The notes below the pieces were generated by a model. It saw nothing but the letters and a program-made list of their open reading frames with translations, had not been told where the DNA came from and did not search any database. From Anthoceros angustus (taxonomy: Eukaryota > Plantae > Anthocerotophyta), in contig MU008160.1 of NCBI GenBank assembly GCA_010909165.1, positions 2,046,001 through 2,110,000 of the forward strand: 64,000 bases of DNA. Direction: 5' to 3'. Position 1 is the stretch's first letter, and each line of letters opens with the position of its first letter. The position numbers were made by a program, and so were the translations under genes. This document shows, in pieces, positions 38,054 through 51,169 of this stretch.

Positions 38054-39262
38054 CAGAAACCTACCAAGCAGGAGAACTGCGTTTCGGATCTCTTTGCTTG
38101 CTGCTCTTTTTATGGAAGTGTAGGGGCAGGTGTGGGTGCAGATCTAGACGTAGGTGTCATAGGGCCCGTCTCTTAGGCCACGTCTTCCATGCTCCAAGGG
38201 CAGTTGTGAAGAAGCCATCGGATTGGTGGTGGGTGTGGTTGTCCCTCAGTAGCGTCCAACTGCCGGCCTGGGCGCTCATGCTTGCATCTGTGAGCGGAAT
38301 GACTTGTCTCTTGTGTGTATCCGTATCCATCAAATATGCATATGGACTGCGCTTCGCGATCGTGTGCCGCCTGACGGCCTGCGGCTCGACCCCCTTCTTC
38401 AATTTAAGACTGACCAGATGCCCGACATCGCCGATGTCGTACATGAGTTCAAACAAACAGTGGAAGACAATTGAAAAACGTTGAAGCCGAGTCCAGTCTT
38501 GGGAGGTGTCCCTCCTTGTCCCCGCCAACCGAGGGCATCTCCTCCTTTCGGCCAGGGCGGGAGCGGGGATGCGGGTTTGTTAGGTTCTTCTAAGGGCGGA
38601 CGTGCATCCGTTCGGTCGGCGTATGTAGATTAGGTCTCTCAGTTTGAACTCAAGCTCGAATCTAAAGGCGTATACTGCGGGATGCCATACGGGCCGTCTC
38701 GTTCCCAGCTTCGTTTTTCGTCAGCCCCTCCGGCATCCTTGCTCGCATGGCCCCATGGCCCCATGGCCCCATGCCCTAGCCATCTGGAACCCACATCTTT
38801 CATCACCAGTAATAAGAAGCACGTTTTATCAACCTACCTTGAATAAGAAAGCTCTCTATTGAAAGAGATGGGGTGAGCTCTACCTTGTACAAAAGTGGGT
38901 ACACACCTACGTAAATAGTGAATTATGGCGAATTAGGGCTTACGTTGTTGTTGGGGAGCAAACATGCCCTGCTGACTTGACTCGCTGGGCTTTTTTCGTG
39001 ATGCCAGGTTGGCTTGACCAAAATATTTGCGGCAGAGAGAAGCCTGGGTGGAGCTGCAGTGAGGTGAGGCGGTCGGGTGCTCGGACGAGCTATTAGGTAT
39101 GGACTCCTCAGGTCTTGCTTAGATTGTTACCGGGGCGTCGGGTCGGGAGAGGGGGAGGCATATTGTTTTCGGGCTGGAGGCCGGTCCCTCCTCGGACGTA
39201 CGTACTTGACGTAACATGTGCTCGTGCAGAAACGGATTCCCTTCAGCAGAAGAGCGCCCGCC

Positions 39263-42200
39263 ATGCAATTCCGCCCTGAAGCTGCAAGTGGCCCTGGCTA
39301 CTCTGTCCGGCGCCCAGGTGCTCCTCCGTTTCCGGTGGGTATTTTTTTCATCCTCAAGCCTCCCGGGCTCTTGTGTATGTATGAGGTGAATTCTTGTGTT
39401 TGTGAGTTGAGGTTGTATGACTTTTCGGCATCTGCTTGTGTGCTGGCGTATCAGGCTGGACCTCCTTTCCGAGGAGGATTTCCTGTCGACCACGGGCCCC
39501 GTGTCGACGACAGGCGGCACCAGGTTTCTCGCAACCATTCTCTTTCTCAAAGACCAGAAGACGAGGAGGCTCCTGCTTCAAGGCACCTTTGGGTCGGGAA
39601 TGTGTCACAGGACGTCTCGGAAGATGTCCTTACCGAGAAGTTTTCCAAGTACGGCGAGATTGAGGGTGTGACCGTGTACTCGCAAAGGAACTATGCCTTC
39701 ATCAATTTTATGAAGGAAGAGGACGCTGTGGATGCTAAAAATGGCTTGCAAGGAGTCAATCTGGGAGGACTGGCTATGCGTATTGAGTTCGCCAAGGGGG
39801 TAAGCTGGTTCAGGGCCCGGACTGTACCGTTGTACCTGGCCCTTGGGATTTCCTGCACTGTTTCATTGCATGCCGTTGTTGTTAGGTCCTTTAGCAGCCA
39901 GTATGTTTGGCACCACACTGCGGAGAGCTGTCTGGAGGTGGAGTAAGGGTTAAACTCGTGCAGGATGATAAGCAGATGCAGGATGGATGATTAGCACTGG
40001 TTGTCATAATTTTGTCTATCCTGTGAGTTACTCCGTAAGCAACCATTCCTCACGGATGAAGCTGCCTGCGTTCAAAACTGTCCAGGCCAAGCCCAGCAGG
40101 CATCCGTGGGTAGGAGGGATCGGTCAGACGGTCTCCAAGGAAGATCTTGAGGGTGAGTTTACGGGGATTTGGAGACCTGGAGTACTATCAATCTTTGCAA
40201 GACGGTAATTGTGCCATTGTAGACTATGCAAGGCTTGAAGATGCAGTTGCTGCAGTTGATGCTGTGAATCGGAAACGCCTTGGAGATGAGGAGCTGCGAG
40301 TCGACTATGGGCGGTCTCAGCCTCTTAAACGTGTACGGTTCGCTCGAGTTCCACTTGGGGCACCAGGGGTACCATGTCTCATATTTAGATGGCAGTTTAG
40401 TGCATAACAGTGGGTTCCATAGGCTGCTGATATTGTTGATGTCATATTTGCAGGAAGCTGCACAGTCCGGTAACCGACATCAGGGAGACGATAGGACTGT
40501 GTCAAGGGATCATCGGGTATGTTTATTACCATCTGACTACTGGCTGTGGGTATGTGTGGGTAGCATGCTTTCTTGATTCCAAGGGTGCAGCTAGTACTGT
40601 ATGTGACCCATGCTGTCTTACTTTTTTACTTGGAAGTGTTCCGTACAGCCACATGAGTAGCAAGTGCTGACTGTCATGGATTTATTTGGCCCTCGATACC
40701 TGTGTAGGCTGGGTTCGGAAGTGGCTCAGGTTCAACTAGTGGGTCCAAAGACAAGGATGGGGAGCCCAGTGAAGTTTTGTGGGTAGGATTCCCATTATAT
40801 GCAAAGGTTGACGAGGAAGGGCTCCGTAGGGCTTTTGTTCCATTTGGAGAGATTGAGAGGATCAAAACTTTTCCGGGTCGCACTTATGCCTTTGTGCAGT
40901 TTAGGAGTGTTGAAGAGGCAACGCGAGCAAAAGATGGCCTTGAGGGAAAGCTGTTCAATGACCCTCGTGTCCATATAAGGTACTCTAAGAGTGAAATAGG
41001 TCCTGTGGACAACCCCAGAGATATAGAGGCCCCAGGTACCAGGTACTCAGAACCGCTGGTCAAAGGTGTGGGGCCTACTCGTTTTACCATTGGTGGTGTG
41101 GACCGTCTTGGAGCTGGCAGCCCTGTGAGGCCTTCAAGTCCAGGCGTGAGGATGAGTAGTTTGCGGCCAGAAGTGTTGTCAGGTAATCCTGTTGGTCGAG
41201 GGGTTGTGTCAGCCAGGACTGTTGGCCTGGGGCCAGGTATGGGTTTAGGGCGTGGTATGGGTAGAGGAGATGGAAGACTGATAATGGATGACATGGAATT
41301 TCAAATGACCGGTCCGGCTGCACGTGTTGGTGTTTCTAGCTCAGGGCTGAGAGCTGGTGGTAGACACGGCTATGAAGATGCCTGGGATTTGCCAGATGAA
41401 GATCTTGCATCAAGGGAGCAAAAGCGAGCTCGGGTTGGAGTCTATTCGGTTGGTGGTCCTGGAGAAGCTTCTTCCTTTGACAATTTTGATGGCCGTAGGT
41501 TTGCAGGGATAGAAGGTGTAAATCTAGGGTCCACCACGGATTTGGGAAGTACAGGTTACGGTGTTGCTAGACAAAGTGTACTGGCAGGTGATGATTATGC
41601 ACTCTCAGGGTCCAGGGCTCGATTGAACATGCAGTTGGAGGCCTCCAGACCAGCTGGCATGCTGCCACATGCTACTTCTGTGGGCAGTGGATATCATGCC
41701 GGAGGGAAGCGGGAATTGCATGGTCAAGAAAGCGGAACAGGTTCTGTAAACGAAAGTTGGAGGTGGCATGGCACTATAGCCAAAGGAGGAACTCCTGTTT
41801 GTCGGGCTCGCTGTTTTCCTGTTGGGAAGGGCATCGATGCCAATGTGTAAGTTGCTGTGCATGGGTGGAAGATTTGCTTGTTGAAGTAAGGGTGCATTCT
41901 GTTTGTGTCCAAGCTCCCAGATCATTGTTTTCTATAGAATGTTAGCACACACACTCCTGATGCTATTATCCCAAGCTCCTGCACTAACTGCTTTGGAACG
42001 AATGGCAGGCCTGACGTGGTCAATTGCACGGCTCGGACAGATCTCGACATGTTAGCTAAACATGTGTATCAAGCAGGGGACTTTGGAGTAGTATTTTTTG
42101 TGCCCGAAGCAGACCCTGATGTCCCACCGTATCAGGATTTCATGCATTATTTGGGAGAAAAACGTCGAGCTGGAGTTGCGAAATTGGGTGATGGAACCAC

Positions 42201-43608
42201 CCTCTTTTTGGTTCCACCTTCTGAGTTCTCTGAGAAAGTCCTCAAGGTCCCAGGTAACGATTGTTTATTTGGTGTTGTTCTCAAGCAACCACATGTAGTT
42301 CTTGCTCAGCCTCCACAGCCTCAGCAGCAGCAGGCAACGGTACAGCAGCCATCACAGCCTTCAACCCATCAGCAATTTTCCCAGGCAGTGGGACCTGCTG
42401 TGGTTGCTGGCCCTGCACAGGATACTCCTCCTGGCTTTCGTGGCCCATCACCCCCCCTGATTCCGGGACATCAACCTGGACAGGGTCCTTCAGCAGGACC
42501 CAGCACAGCCTCTCAGGCTCCACTTGGTAACCTGGCAGGTCTGACACCGGAGCTGATAGCTTCTTTGACCGCTTTGCTGCCACAGCAAGCACAGAACAAC
42601 CCAGTCACATCAAACTCAGCTCCAGGGCAAGCAGTAGCTGTCTCTGCACAGTTTTCTCAAAGTGGCACAGTCACTGCAGGAAGAGGCCCCTCTGCAATGC
42701 CGCAGGGTCCTTTGTTGACTAGTAGTTCAGGAGTAAACGATCCCAGACCGGCGTTCAGACCTACCCAAAATCCGGCCTCCCAGGGCTGGCATCAGTTCCA
42801 TCAAGAACAGAATCAGGCATCTCCTGTCAGCGGTGGTGTCAACCTTCACTCTACCGGGTTGCAGGCCTTGCCGGAGATCTACCAGTCAGGAGTTGCCCAG
42901 CAGCAACACCAGCAGCAGCAGCAGCAAACTCCACTTGCGCAGCAGCAGAGTGCTCCACAACAGCCGGGTGTTCCACAGGTTTCCTCGTCAAGCCTTCATA
43001 GCGTCCAGATTCAGGAGTTCCCCATCCCTGGATTCAGTGGACAGTATCTCCAGCAGTCCAGGCCACCACAATCCTCATCTGCGCCTCAGCTACCTGCTGA
43101 GCAGTTGGCTCAACTGACTGCACTTTTGACTCAAAGACAGCAGCAGCCTGCTCAGCAGCAAGCTGCCCACTTGCTTCAGCAACATTTCCAGCAACAGCAG
43201 CCAACTGCAGCCAGCACTTCTCAGCAACTGCCCCAAACTGTTCAGACGCATGTTGCTCAGCAAGGCCAAGTTCAGCAAGTTCACTCATCGCAGCCTTTAC
43301 AGCCTCCAGCCGTGGGATCAAGCTCCCAGTCCCAGTGGGGACAGCAGCAGCATCCACTACAGTCGCAGCAGCTGCAAGGGCAACGGCCAAATCAGACTCA
43401 ACACTGGGATGGGGCCGAATCCCAGGTGCAGCAGATTCCTAGTTTGACTCCTGCCGAGCAACAAGCAGCTCCTGGTCAGGTGTCAACAGGTGGGGAGGAA
43501 GAAGCCGAGAGGCAAAAACGTTTTCAAGCTACTCTGCAGCTGGCTGCTGCACTTCTGCAACAGATGCAACAGCAGGACAAGCCACGAGGTGGGCCGGAGC
43601 AACAGTAG
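39263..43608 (+). CDS. FPA: FPA (Spen-family: 3 RRM + SPOC + Gln-rich tail), apparent +1 frameshift in the RRM2 exon
   Basis: Exons about 39263-39334, 39455-39799, 40086-40332, 40454-40516, 40709-41846, 42009-43608. SRHLWVGNV, PSEVLWVGFP, GKLFNDPRVHIRYS, SPOC WHGTIAKGGTPVCRARC...TTLFLVPPSEFSEKVLKV, terminal RFQATLQLAAALL. Confidence 0.92.
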
Positions 43609-45401
43609 TTCTGCACAGGTATGTCTTCTGTGCTGCTCCATACCATGCTTTGTCCTTAGTCTAACCTAGCTGGGTTCCTGGGGACTATCAATGGGAGTCT
43701 TTTCTTGAAATGTGCTGCACAAGGGAGATGTCAGCCTGATCAGCAGTCATTGTCTTGTGAGCCCCCTTTAGCATTCAGGGTCTGCAGCTGGAACTAAGCA
43801 TACCATCCTGACATGAATGGCACGTGCACTTCCCAGTTCCCTCAACACGAGCAATACAGAACGATTCAAAATTTTCCTCCTTGACCCTTCACCCTTGGGA
43901 CATGTCTTAGCTCCATCGTATTCTTCCAATTGTATCGTGCAGTATGAGTGTGATGAAGAGGAAGGGTAGCCTCATGCCTGCTATAATTTTCACTCCAAAG
44001 CCAAACCTAAAATTGAAGTCCAGTTTGCATTCCTTTCTTCACAAATGCACCCCAATATTCTCCAAGGATTTGACTCTCTCCCATATTGCCCATTATTCGA
44101 GCAGCCACAGAATCAGGTTCCAGAAGTCTCATGGCTTATGTCGTCCGCAGAGCTGCATCGTCATGTATGGTACACGTGTGTCTTGCATTAGGTTGGTCTG
44201 CTGGGATGCCAAGTACTGAGGTGGAGTAACGAGCCTACTTAATCAATTCAATGTAGAACTGAGGACACATACTGCATCCTTCTGTTCCAAACCATGAAGT
44301 GGGCTATATCTATCCTTTCGCTGGCACATCACCCGCCCCTTATGAAACTTGTTTGTTCAAACGCCTCCTCCTTAGCAACGGCAGAAAACTGGGGATCTGA
44401 TCTGCATTCATCGCTGACTTGCTTTTTTTTTTTCTTTGGTTAGCTAGAGCTTCCGTCCGTTTCACTGTGTGGCCCTGTCGGTCATGATTGGTGATGAACT
44501 GTACAATCCTGAATCATGATTCCCCAGCAAAGGAACAGCCGTGCATTCGGTGGCTGAGCCTCCGATTATGTTGTCGAATGGGTGTGATGTGAGCATTCGT
44601 GGAACTATTTTGGATCAGGAGGGTATTTCTTTCGGGATGGCTGTGATAGTTTTCTTGTGTAAGGGGGCTTTGGTACACCTTTTGATAGGGAAGTTGTGCA
44701 ACTGTGAACAGTGCGACGTGTGCATGCAATGAATGCAGTATCGGGCATTCAACTTTCGAGGGGGTTGGATGGAGGGTTCTCATAGTGTCTGACCAGCAAG
44801 CAAGATCAGGCCCTAAGTAGAACAATGAAATGTCGACCCTAGCGTTGGAAGTTCATCTCACATCACTGTCGTTGCAAAATCACCCTCATTCTTCGTGATG
44901 CGTATTTGCAGTTTGAAGTTTAGGCACTCCGACATAAGTCCAATGAGCAAGTCACTACAGGCTTCTGAATCCCGCAATCTCTTGATTTCACATGTAGGGA
45001 GATCGTGACGTGCCGCCGCAGTCGCAGTCACGGGCCTGAAAACGTTTTAAGAGTACCACACGTTACGGGCGCCGATGTTGTTCGCGCCCTGCCTCCAGGA
45101 GAACTGCGGCATGTGGAAGCTTTTCAGAGGTACACGCTGCTTCCGCAGTTTGTATAGGGGCCTTTTGAATGTGAGAACCAGTAAACAAATGTTTTTGACA
45201 AAGTTTTTGGTTGCTGCGGTGAGGGCAATGGAATTTTTTACATATTTTTACTTATAATCTTAAATACATCATTGATAATTAAAGTAGTCATGTATGTATT
45301 TAACTTCACATAGTGAAGTTAAATATTAACTTCACCCCTGTACGCATGTATGAATATATATTCACAGCAATGATATTCACAGCCATGCAAAGGATGTTCA
45401 C

Positions 45402-45650
45402 TAGACTCTACCCTTTTAATGCGTCTAGGGTTTAGGTGGCATCTTTGTTTAATAGACTCTCCCCTTTCTAGGGTCTAGCTAGGTGGCATCTTTGTTCAAT
45501 AAACTCTCCCCTCTCTAGGGTCTAGCTAGGTGGCATCTCTGTTCAATAGACTCTCCCCTCTCTAGGGTCTAGCTAGGTGGCATCTTTGTTCAATAGACTC
45601 TCTCCTCTTAGACGCATCTAGGGTCTAGGTGGATCTAGGGTCTAGGTGGT
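45402..45650. repeat. 47-bp tandem repeat (TAGACTCTCCCCTCTCTAGGGTCTAGCTAGGTGGCATCTTTGTTCAA), about 4.5 copies
   Basis: Units start near 45402, 45453, 45500, 45547 and 45594. Confidence 0.9.
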
Positions 45651-46829
45651 ATCGTGTTCGATGTTTCTTATAATGTCATTGCAGGAAATATATTTCACAA
45701 ACGTCATGTTCGCAATGCTTCGAGAAATTGGATGTATGGCCCAAAGGAAGCAAGATGAAGTAGACCCGCACTTCGTATGCAATGGCTCGAGAAAATGGAT
45801 ATATTGCCTGCAAGAAGCAAGACGAAGTAGACCTATATTTAGCAAGCAGTATGGGAGTATGGGCCAGCGGAATCGACAATCTTTGAATATAGAGGTATGG
45901 GCCAGCGGAGTCTACAATCTTTGAATACAGAGGAATGCAGCAACGCTTGAAGTCTTCATCCTCTGGCCTTGGAGACTTATGGAGCCTTGGCAAAAGATTC
46001 TACAAATCTAGTAAGATTATGAGTCAAGGCATATCATCTACGTAAGTTGGGAACAAGGTTGTCATAAGTATGTCACTACTTCTTTGAGCAACAATGTCAA
46101 TGACTCGAACGGCATGCATATCCTAACTTTTCATCTCCCTGGTTTTAACATCATATGCGCCATAGGTGAATTTAGGTATCGAGCATATGATGTATCTTCG
46201 ATGACTTGAACGCCACGCATATCCTAGCTTTCTATCTCCCGGGTTTTGACATCTTATGCGCCATAGGTGAATTTAGGTGTAGAGCATATGTAGCTACTCC
46301 ACCTTACTATGACCCCAGAGGTCTTCCTCAAGGTGTCCCATGGTAAGTGCGTTCCTGGCATCTCTACTTCCATGATAAAGTGCTTTTCTTTATTCACCCA
46401 AGTCCTCTAAGTTTATATACACATGTCATAATTTGGGTTTGCTTACACACATAGGCATGTTAGACGGGCCTCGTATATGGAAGGCTATACCCATGGCAAT
46501 ATACTATTTCTTCTTTGTTGTAAGCTACACATAGAAGTGAGGCAATGGAGACTTTATTAAAAAGAAAAGATGGAAAAACCTATCTACCCCGAACCGAGGG
46601 GGGACAACCCATTAAAGGGCCAAGAGCCAAGAGGCTAGCCCCTACGAACGCCAACCCTGAAGCTACCTACCGCCCCGATTATGTCTTTCCTATAAGCTAC
46701 ACATAGAAATGCACACATAAAATTGTAATCCTTTTTGAACAAATATCTCATCGAACATTTGTCTTCTGTTTTCTCCAAATAGACTTCAATTGTGAAAAAA
46801 CTAAAGCTGTTTCCGAGATGTTTCTTCTA

Positions 46830-48120
46830 GCAGCCACTGTGGCCAGGGTGAAGACTCCTCCTCGGATTTCTCAAGTTTTGGGTGCGAGCAAGTTGCTAGC
46901 TATGGAGAAGCCCGCCCTTGGAGTGCGCCCTATCGCTATTATGGAGGCATTCTTGTGGCTTATTGGCTGTAGCATAGCCATCCAGCTCTGGGAACAATTC
47001 CAGCCCTTCTCAGTCCCAACCAATTTGAAATTGCTACTCCAAGGGGTTGCGAGTCTGTGGCATTTGGGATGGATGCCGTTCTTTAGACCCATCCGAATTG
47101 GGTCGCTCTTCGGATCGACATTGAGAATGCCTTCAACATTGTGTCCAGGGCGGCTATCTTCGACGAGATCAAGGATGCGGGAGGACCGTTGGCTGGCCTT
47201 ATCCCCTTTGTCCGCTCCTTTTATGGGTCTCCCTCCAACCTCTACTTCCAACATGGGCTCTCGGAGGAGGGGGTTTCTGTGCTGGAATCGGGCGACGGGC
47301 ACAAGACAGGGTGACCCTTTAGAGGTCGAGCATTTTGCTATGGCGCACTTCAAGCCCTGTCTTTAACTGCCTCCTCGGTGTGGAAATGCATATACCCGTC
47401 AGTGGCTGATGATACCCATATCTTAGGGCATGGGGACAAGATTAAGGAGGCTTTTGGTTTCTTCTCCTCATAGCTCTCTCGGCTTGGGTTGAAGGTCAAG
47501 ATCTTAAAGTGCAGGGTCTAATCTCTGTCGGGTGTTTCGCCCTCTCTTCAATACCTGGAGGGGGACATTACTTCTCCACAGGGGCTTCGTGGTCTTGGCA
47601 TCCCGATGGGGCCCCCGGCTTTCATTCAAGGATTCGTGGATACAGCTTTGATGGAGGATTTGGTGCACATTGATGACCTTTCTTAGCTGGGGGACCCGCA
47701 GGTAGTGTTTGGGATCCTCTTTTTCTGCTTTGCGCGCTGGCCTGGGTACCTTCTCCATACGGTACCTCCCTCTCCGGCTTTCTTGTCCTGCTTGGGAGCT
47801 TTCGACTGAAGGATTATGCAGGCTTTGGATGATATCATCGGCCAGGATACCTTCGAGTGTGCCACCAAAGATTTGGCGAAGCAGCAGGCTTTCCTTCCTA
47901 TCGCTTTTGGAGGCATTGGTCTACTGGGCAAGGAGGTCTTTGTGCCGGCGGCCTTGTTAGGGAGCTAGGCCCTCTCTGCCCCCATCCTGGCCTCCCAATT
48001 CTTAATTCGGGACTCCCACATCTTGGTGGCATTTGTCTCGGGCGTGGAGGAGGGGGTTTTCCCCCTACAGGCATCCTTGAGGTTGGCCAGGGGACTTTTA
48101 TCCTCTGAGGCTAGGGTCAT
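46830..48120 (+). mobile_element. Non-LTR retrotransposon RT remnant, CRE-like (RLE-type clade)
   Basis: LLAMEKPALGVRPIAI, GGCE, IDIENAFNIVSR, GTRQGDPL, ADDTHI, LGLKV, LGIPMG, QAFLPIAFGGIGL across frameshifts. Confidence 0.78.
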
Positions 48121-48455
48121 GTCGCGCCATCATAGCATGACATCTCTAAGCTCCTATCCTACAGCACCCCATCATATGGCATGGACCCAATCAAAGACTT
48201 TGTGTAAGAGCCGAAGCCCACACTAAGTGTTACAAACACGTTCCCAAGCCGAAACCGCAAATGGCCCCCCTGCCAAAGTTGTGGCTACAACCATCTTCGG
48301 CAACGTTGGAGCAGCACTTTGGGCACTCAAATCCCGTAAAACCTACAATAAAATCTCTTGAACACACTGTCTCAAAGTTGGGGTTCAGAGGGTTTTTCAT
48401 AATCTGTTTCCCTTGTGGCTAAGAGAGCTGCCACTTGCCTTTTATAGGAAGCTGT

Positions 48456-51169
48456 GGTCCATTCAACCCATCCACATAGTATTGTTTCTCAATACATTGA
48501 GCACGCAAAAAGTGTCCCACATTGTCATTGAGTAGGTACCAGCATTCTGACGTTGGCTCATCCCACTCCAGAATTCCTGTACGCAAACAAGCAAACAACT
48601 TGTAGAAGGCTGTGGAACGCAAAAGTTTGGGCAACTAGCTTAAATGAGTTCGCTTTGAAACAGCCCACACTTTTGCTAGAAATGGTTTGGTGAAGACATG
48701 CAAGGAAATTTTTGCTCCTTTTGAGCGGAGTTGTAGGACCATGTCGGAAGGCAGAGGATATGCAGGAAAAGAAACGGGTCAAAACGACCTTCCGGTGAGG
48801 AGAAAAGGTAACCTACATGAGTGGTAGGAGGTGTCCTACCACCGTAGGAGAAACTCCTACCATGGTAGACGAGGGTAGGAGAGATCCTACCACCGAGGAG
48901 GATGACCTCGCTAGTGTTTTGATCACCTATAGGAATAGCTCCTACCATGGTAGGAGAGGGTAGGAAGGTATCCCACCGTCAGAGAAACTCCTACCGTGGT
49001 AGGAGAAAGGGAAAACGCCTACCATGGTAGGAGGATGTCCTACCACGTAGGAGATAGGTTTCTAAGGAAGGTAGCTTATGTTTTAGGCAGTGATAGGCTT
49101 GCTATATATAGAGTCTTTTAGTGGACTAGATAAATAGGCCAAAATAGGTAATTAAGAAATTAGAGGCTAATTTTCAGAATTAGAAATTAGAAAATAGGGA
49201 AATTGGTATTTTAGTATAAGGAAATTAGGAAACTAACATCAATGGTGGGAAAGGGGCCACGTGGCACACATCCAAGGGCAGGATAGAATGGTAGTTACTT
49301 TTCTAACCCTTGGGTGACTTATAAAAGTGGTCGCAGTGCCCGCAGGAGGCCACAACTCGAAACTTGAGGAGACGGCCTCACAGCAGAAGGCGCCACACCT
49401 CAAGCTGCCCAAGGCCCCATACAGCAACGCTACCGCATACGCCGTGTTGAGGAGGAGAAGGAGGGCGCAAGCTCAGCAAGGAGGCAACCACCAGCGCCCA
49501 AGAGAGGAAGAAGGAGGAAAAGAGAAGAAGAGAAGGGAGAAGAAGGTTGGGGCGCAACCCAACACTTGCCAAGCTCGTGAGGGTGCCTAGGAGGGTGGAG
49601 CGTGGCAAGATTGCTAGGAAACCGTGAAGGGCTCCTAAATTGATGTGGTGTAAGAGTCCGTGGGGAATTTTGTTGAGCTTTCTGCAGGAAAAATCGGGTT
49701 TTGAGACGCCAAGGTGTAAGGGCTGAGGAAGGAGAGCAAGGGCAAGGACCTTTGAGCTGTGAGCAAGAGCAAATCACGAGGAGGAGGAGAAACGCTTTGC
49801 AAGGATAAGAAGTCGGTCCATTCAACCCATCCACATAGTATTGTTTCTCAATACATTGAGCACGCAAAAAGTGTCCCACATTGTCATTGAGTAGGTACCA
49901 GCATTCTGACGTTGGCTCATCCCACTCCAGAATTCCTGTACGCAAACAAGCAAACAACTTGTAGAAGGCTGTGGAACGCAAAAGTTTGGGCAACTAGCTT
50001 AAATGAGTTCGTTTTGAAACAGGCCCACACTCTTTTGCTAGAAATGGTTTGGTGAAGACATGCAAGGAAATTTTTTGCTCCTTTTGAGCGGAGTTGTAGG
50101 ACCATGTCGGAAGGCAGAGAGGATATGCAGGAAAAGAAACGGGTCAAAACGACCTTCCGGTGAGGAGAAAAGGTAACCTACATGAGTGGTAGGAGGTGTC
50201 CTACCACCGTAGGAGAAACTCCTACCATGGTAGACGAGGGTAGGAGAGATCCTACCACCGAGGAGGATGACCTCGCTAGTGTTTTGATCACCTACCGTAG
50301 GAATAGCTCCTACCATGGTAGGAGAGGGTAGGAAGGTATCCCACCGTCAGAGAAACTCCTACCGTGGTAGGAGAAAGGGAAAACGCCTACCATGGTAGGA
50401 GGATGTCCTACCAGAGGAGATAGGTTTCTAAGGAAGTAGCTTATGTTTTAGGCAGGATAGGCTTGCTATATATAGAGTCTTTTAGTGGACTAGATAAATA
50501 GGCCAAAATAGGTAATTAAGAAATTAGAGGCTAATTTTCAGAATTAGAAATTAGAAAATAGGGAAATTGGTATTTTAGTATAAGTAAATTAGGAAACTAA
50601 CATCAATGGTGGGAAAGGGGCCACGTGGCACACATCCAAGGGCAGGATAGAATGGTAGTTACTTTTCTAACCCTTGGGTGACTTATAAAAGTGGTCGCAG
50701 TGCCCGCAGGAGGCCACAACTCGTAAACTTGAGGAGACTACCAGAAGGCGCCACACCTCAAGCTGCCCAAGGCCCCATACAGCGCGCCGCACACGCGCCT
50801 GTGTTGAGGAGAGAAGGAGGCAAGCTCAAGGAGGCGAAATCCACCAGCGCCCAAGAGAGGAAGAAGGAGGAAAAGAGAAGAAGAGAAGGGAGAAGAAGGT
50901 TGGGGCGAACCCAACACTTGCCAAGCTCGTGAGGGTGCCTAGGAGGGTGGAGCGTGGCAAGATTGCTAGGAAACCGTGCAGAAGGGCTCCTAAATTGATG
51001 TGGTGTAAGAGTCCGTGGGGAATTTTGTGAGCTTTCTGCAGGAAAAATCGGGTTTTGAGACGCCAAGGTGTAAGGACTGAGGAGGAGAGCAAGGGCAAGG
51101 ACCTTTGAGCTGTGAGCAAGAGCAAATCACGAGGAGGAGGAGAAACGTTTGCAAGGATAAGAAGTCGGT
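48456..51169. repeat. ~1.36-kb tandem duplication (flank plus LTR start), indel-rich
   Basis: GGTCCATTCAACCCATCC at 48456 and 49815. Copies differ mainly by small indels. Confidence 0.9.

Noticed and set aside
45402-45650. Regular repeat resembling a CRISPR array
   Set aside because: Units are head-to-tail with no unique spacers, there are no cas genes, and the context is eukaryotic.
48140-48610. Cys/Trp-containing minus-strand ORF fragments interrupted by the gypsy LTR
   Set aside because: Too short and stop-ridden to assign to any family.
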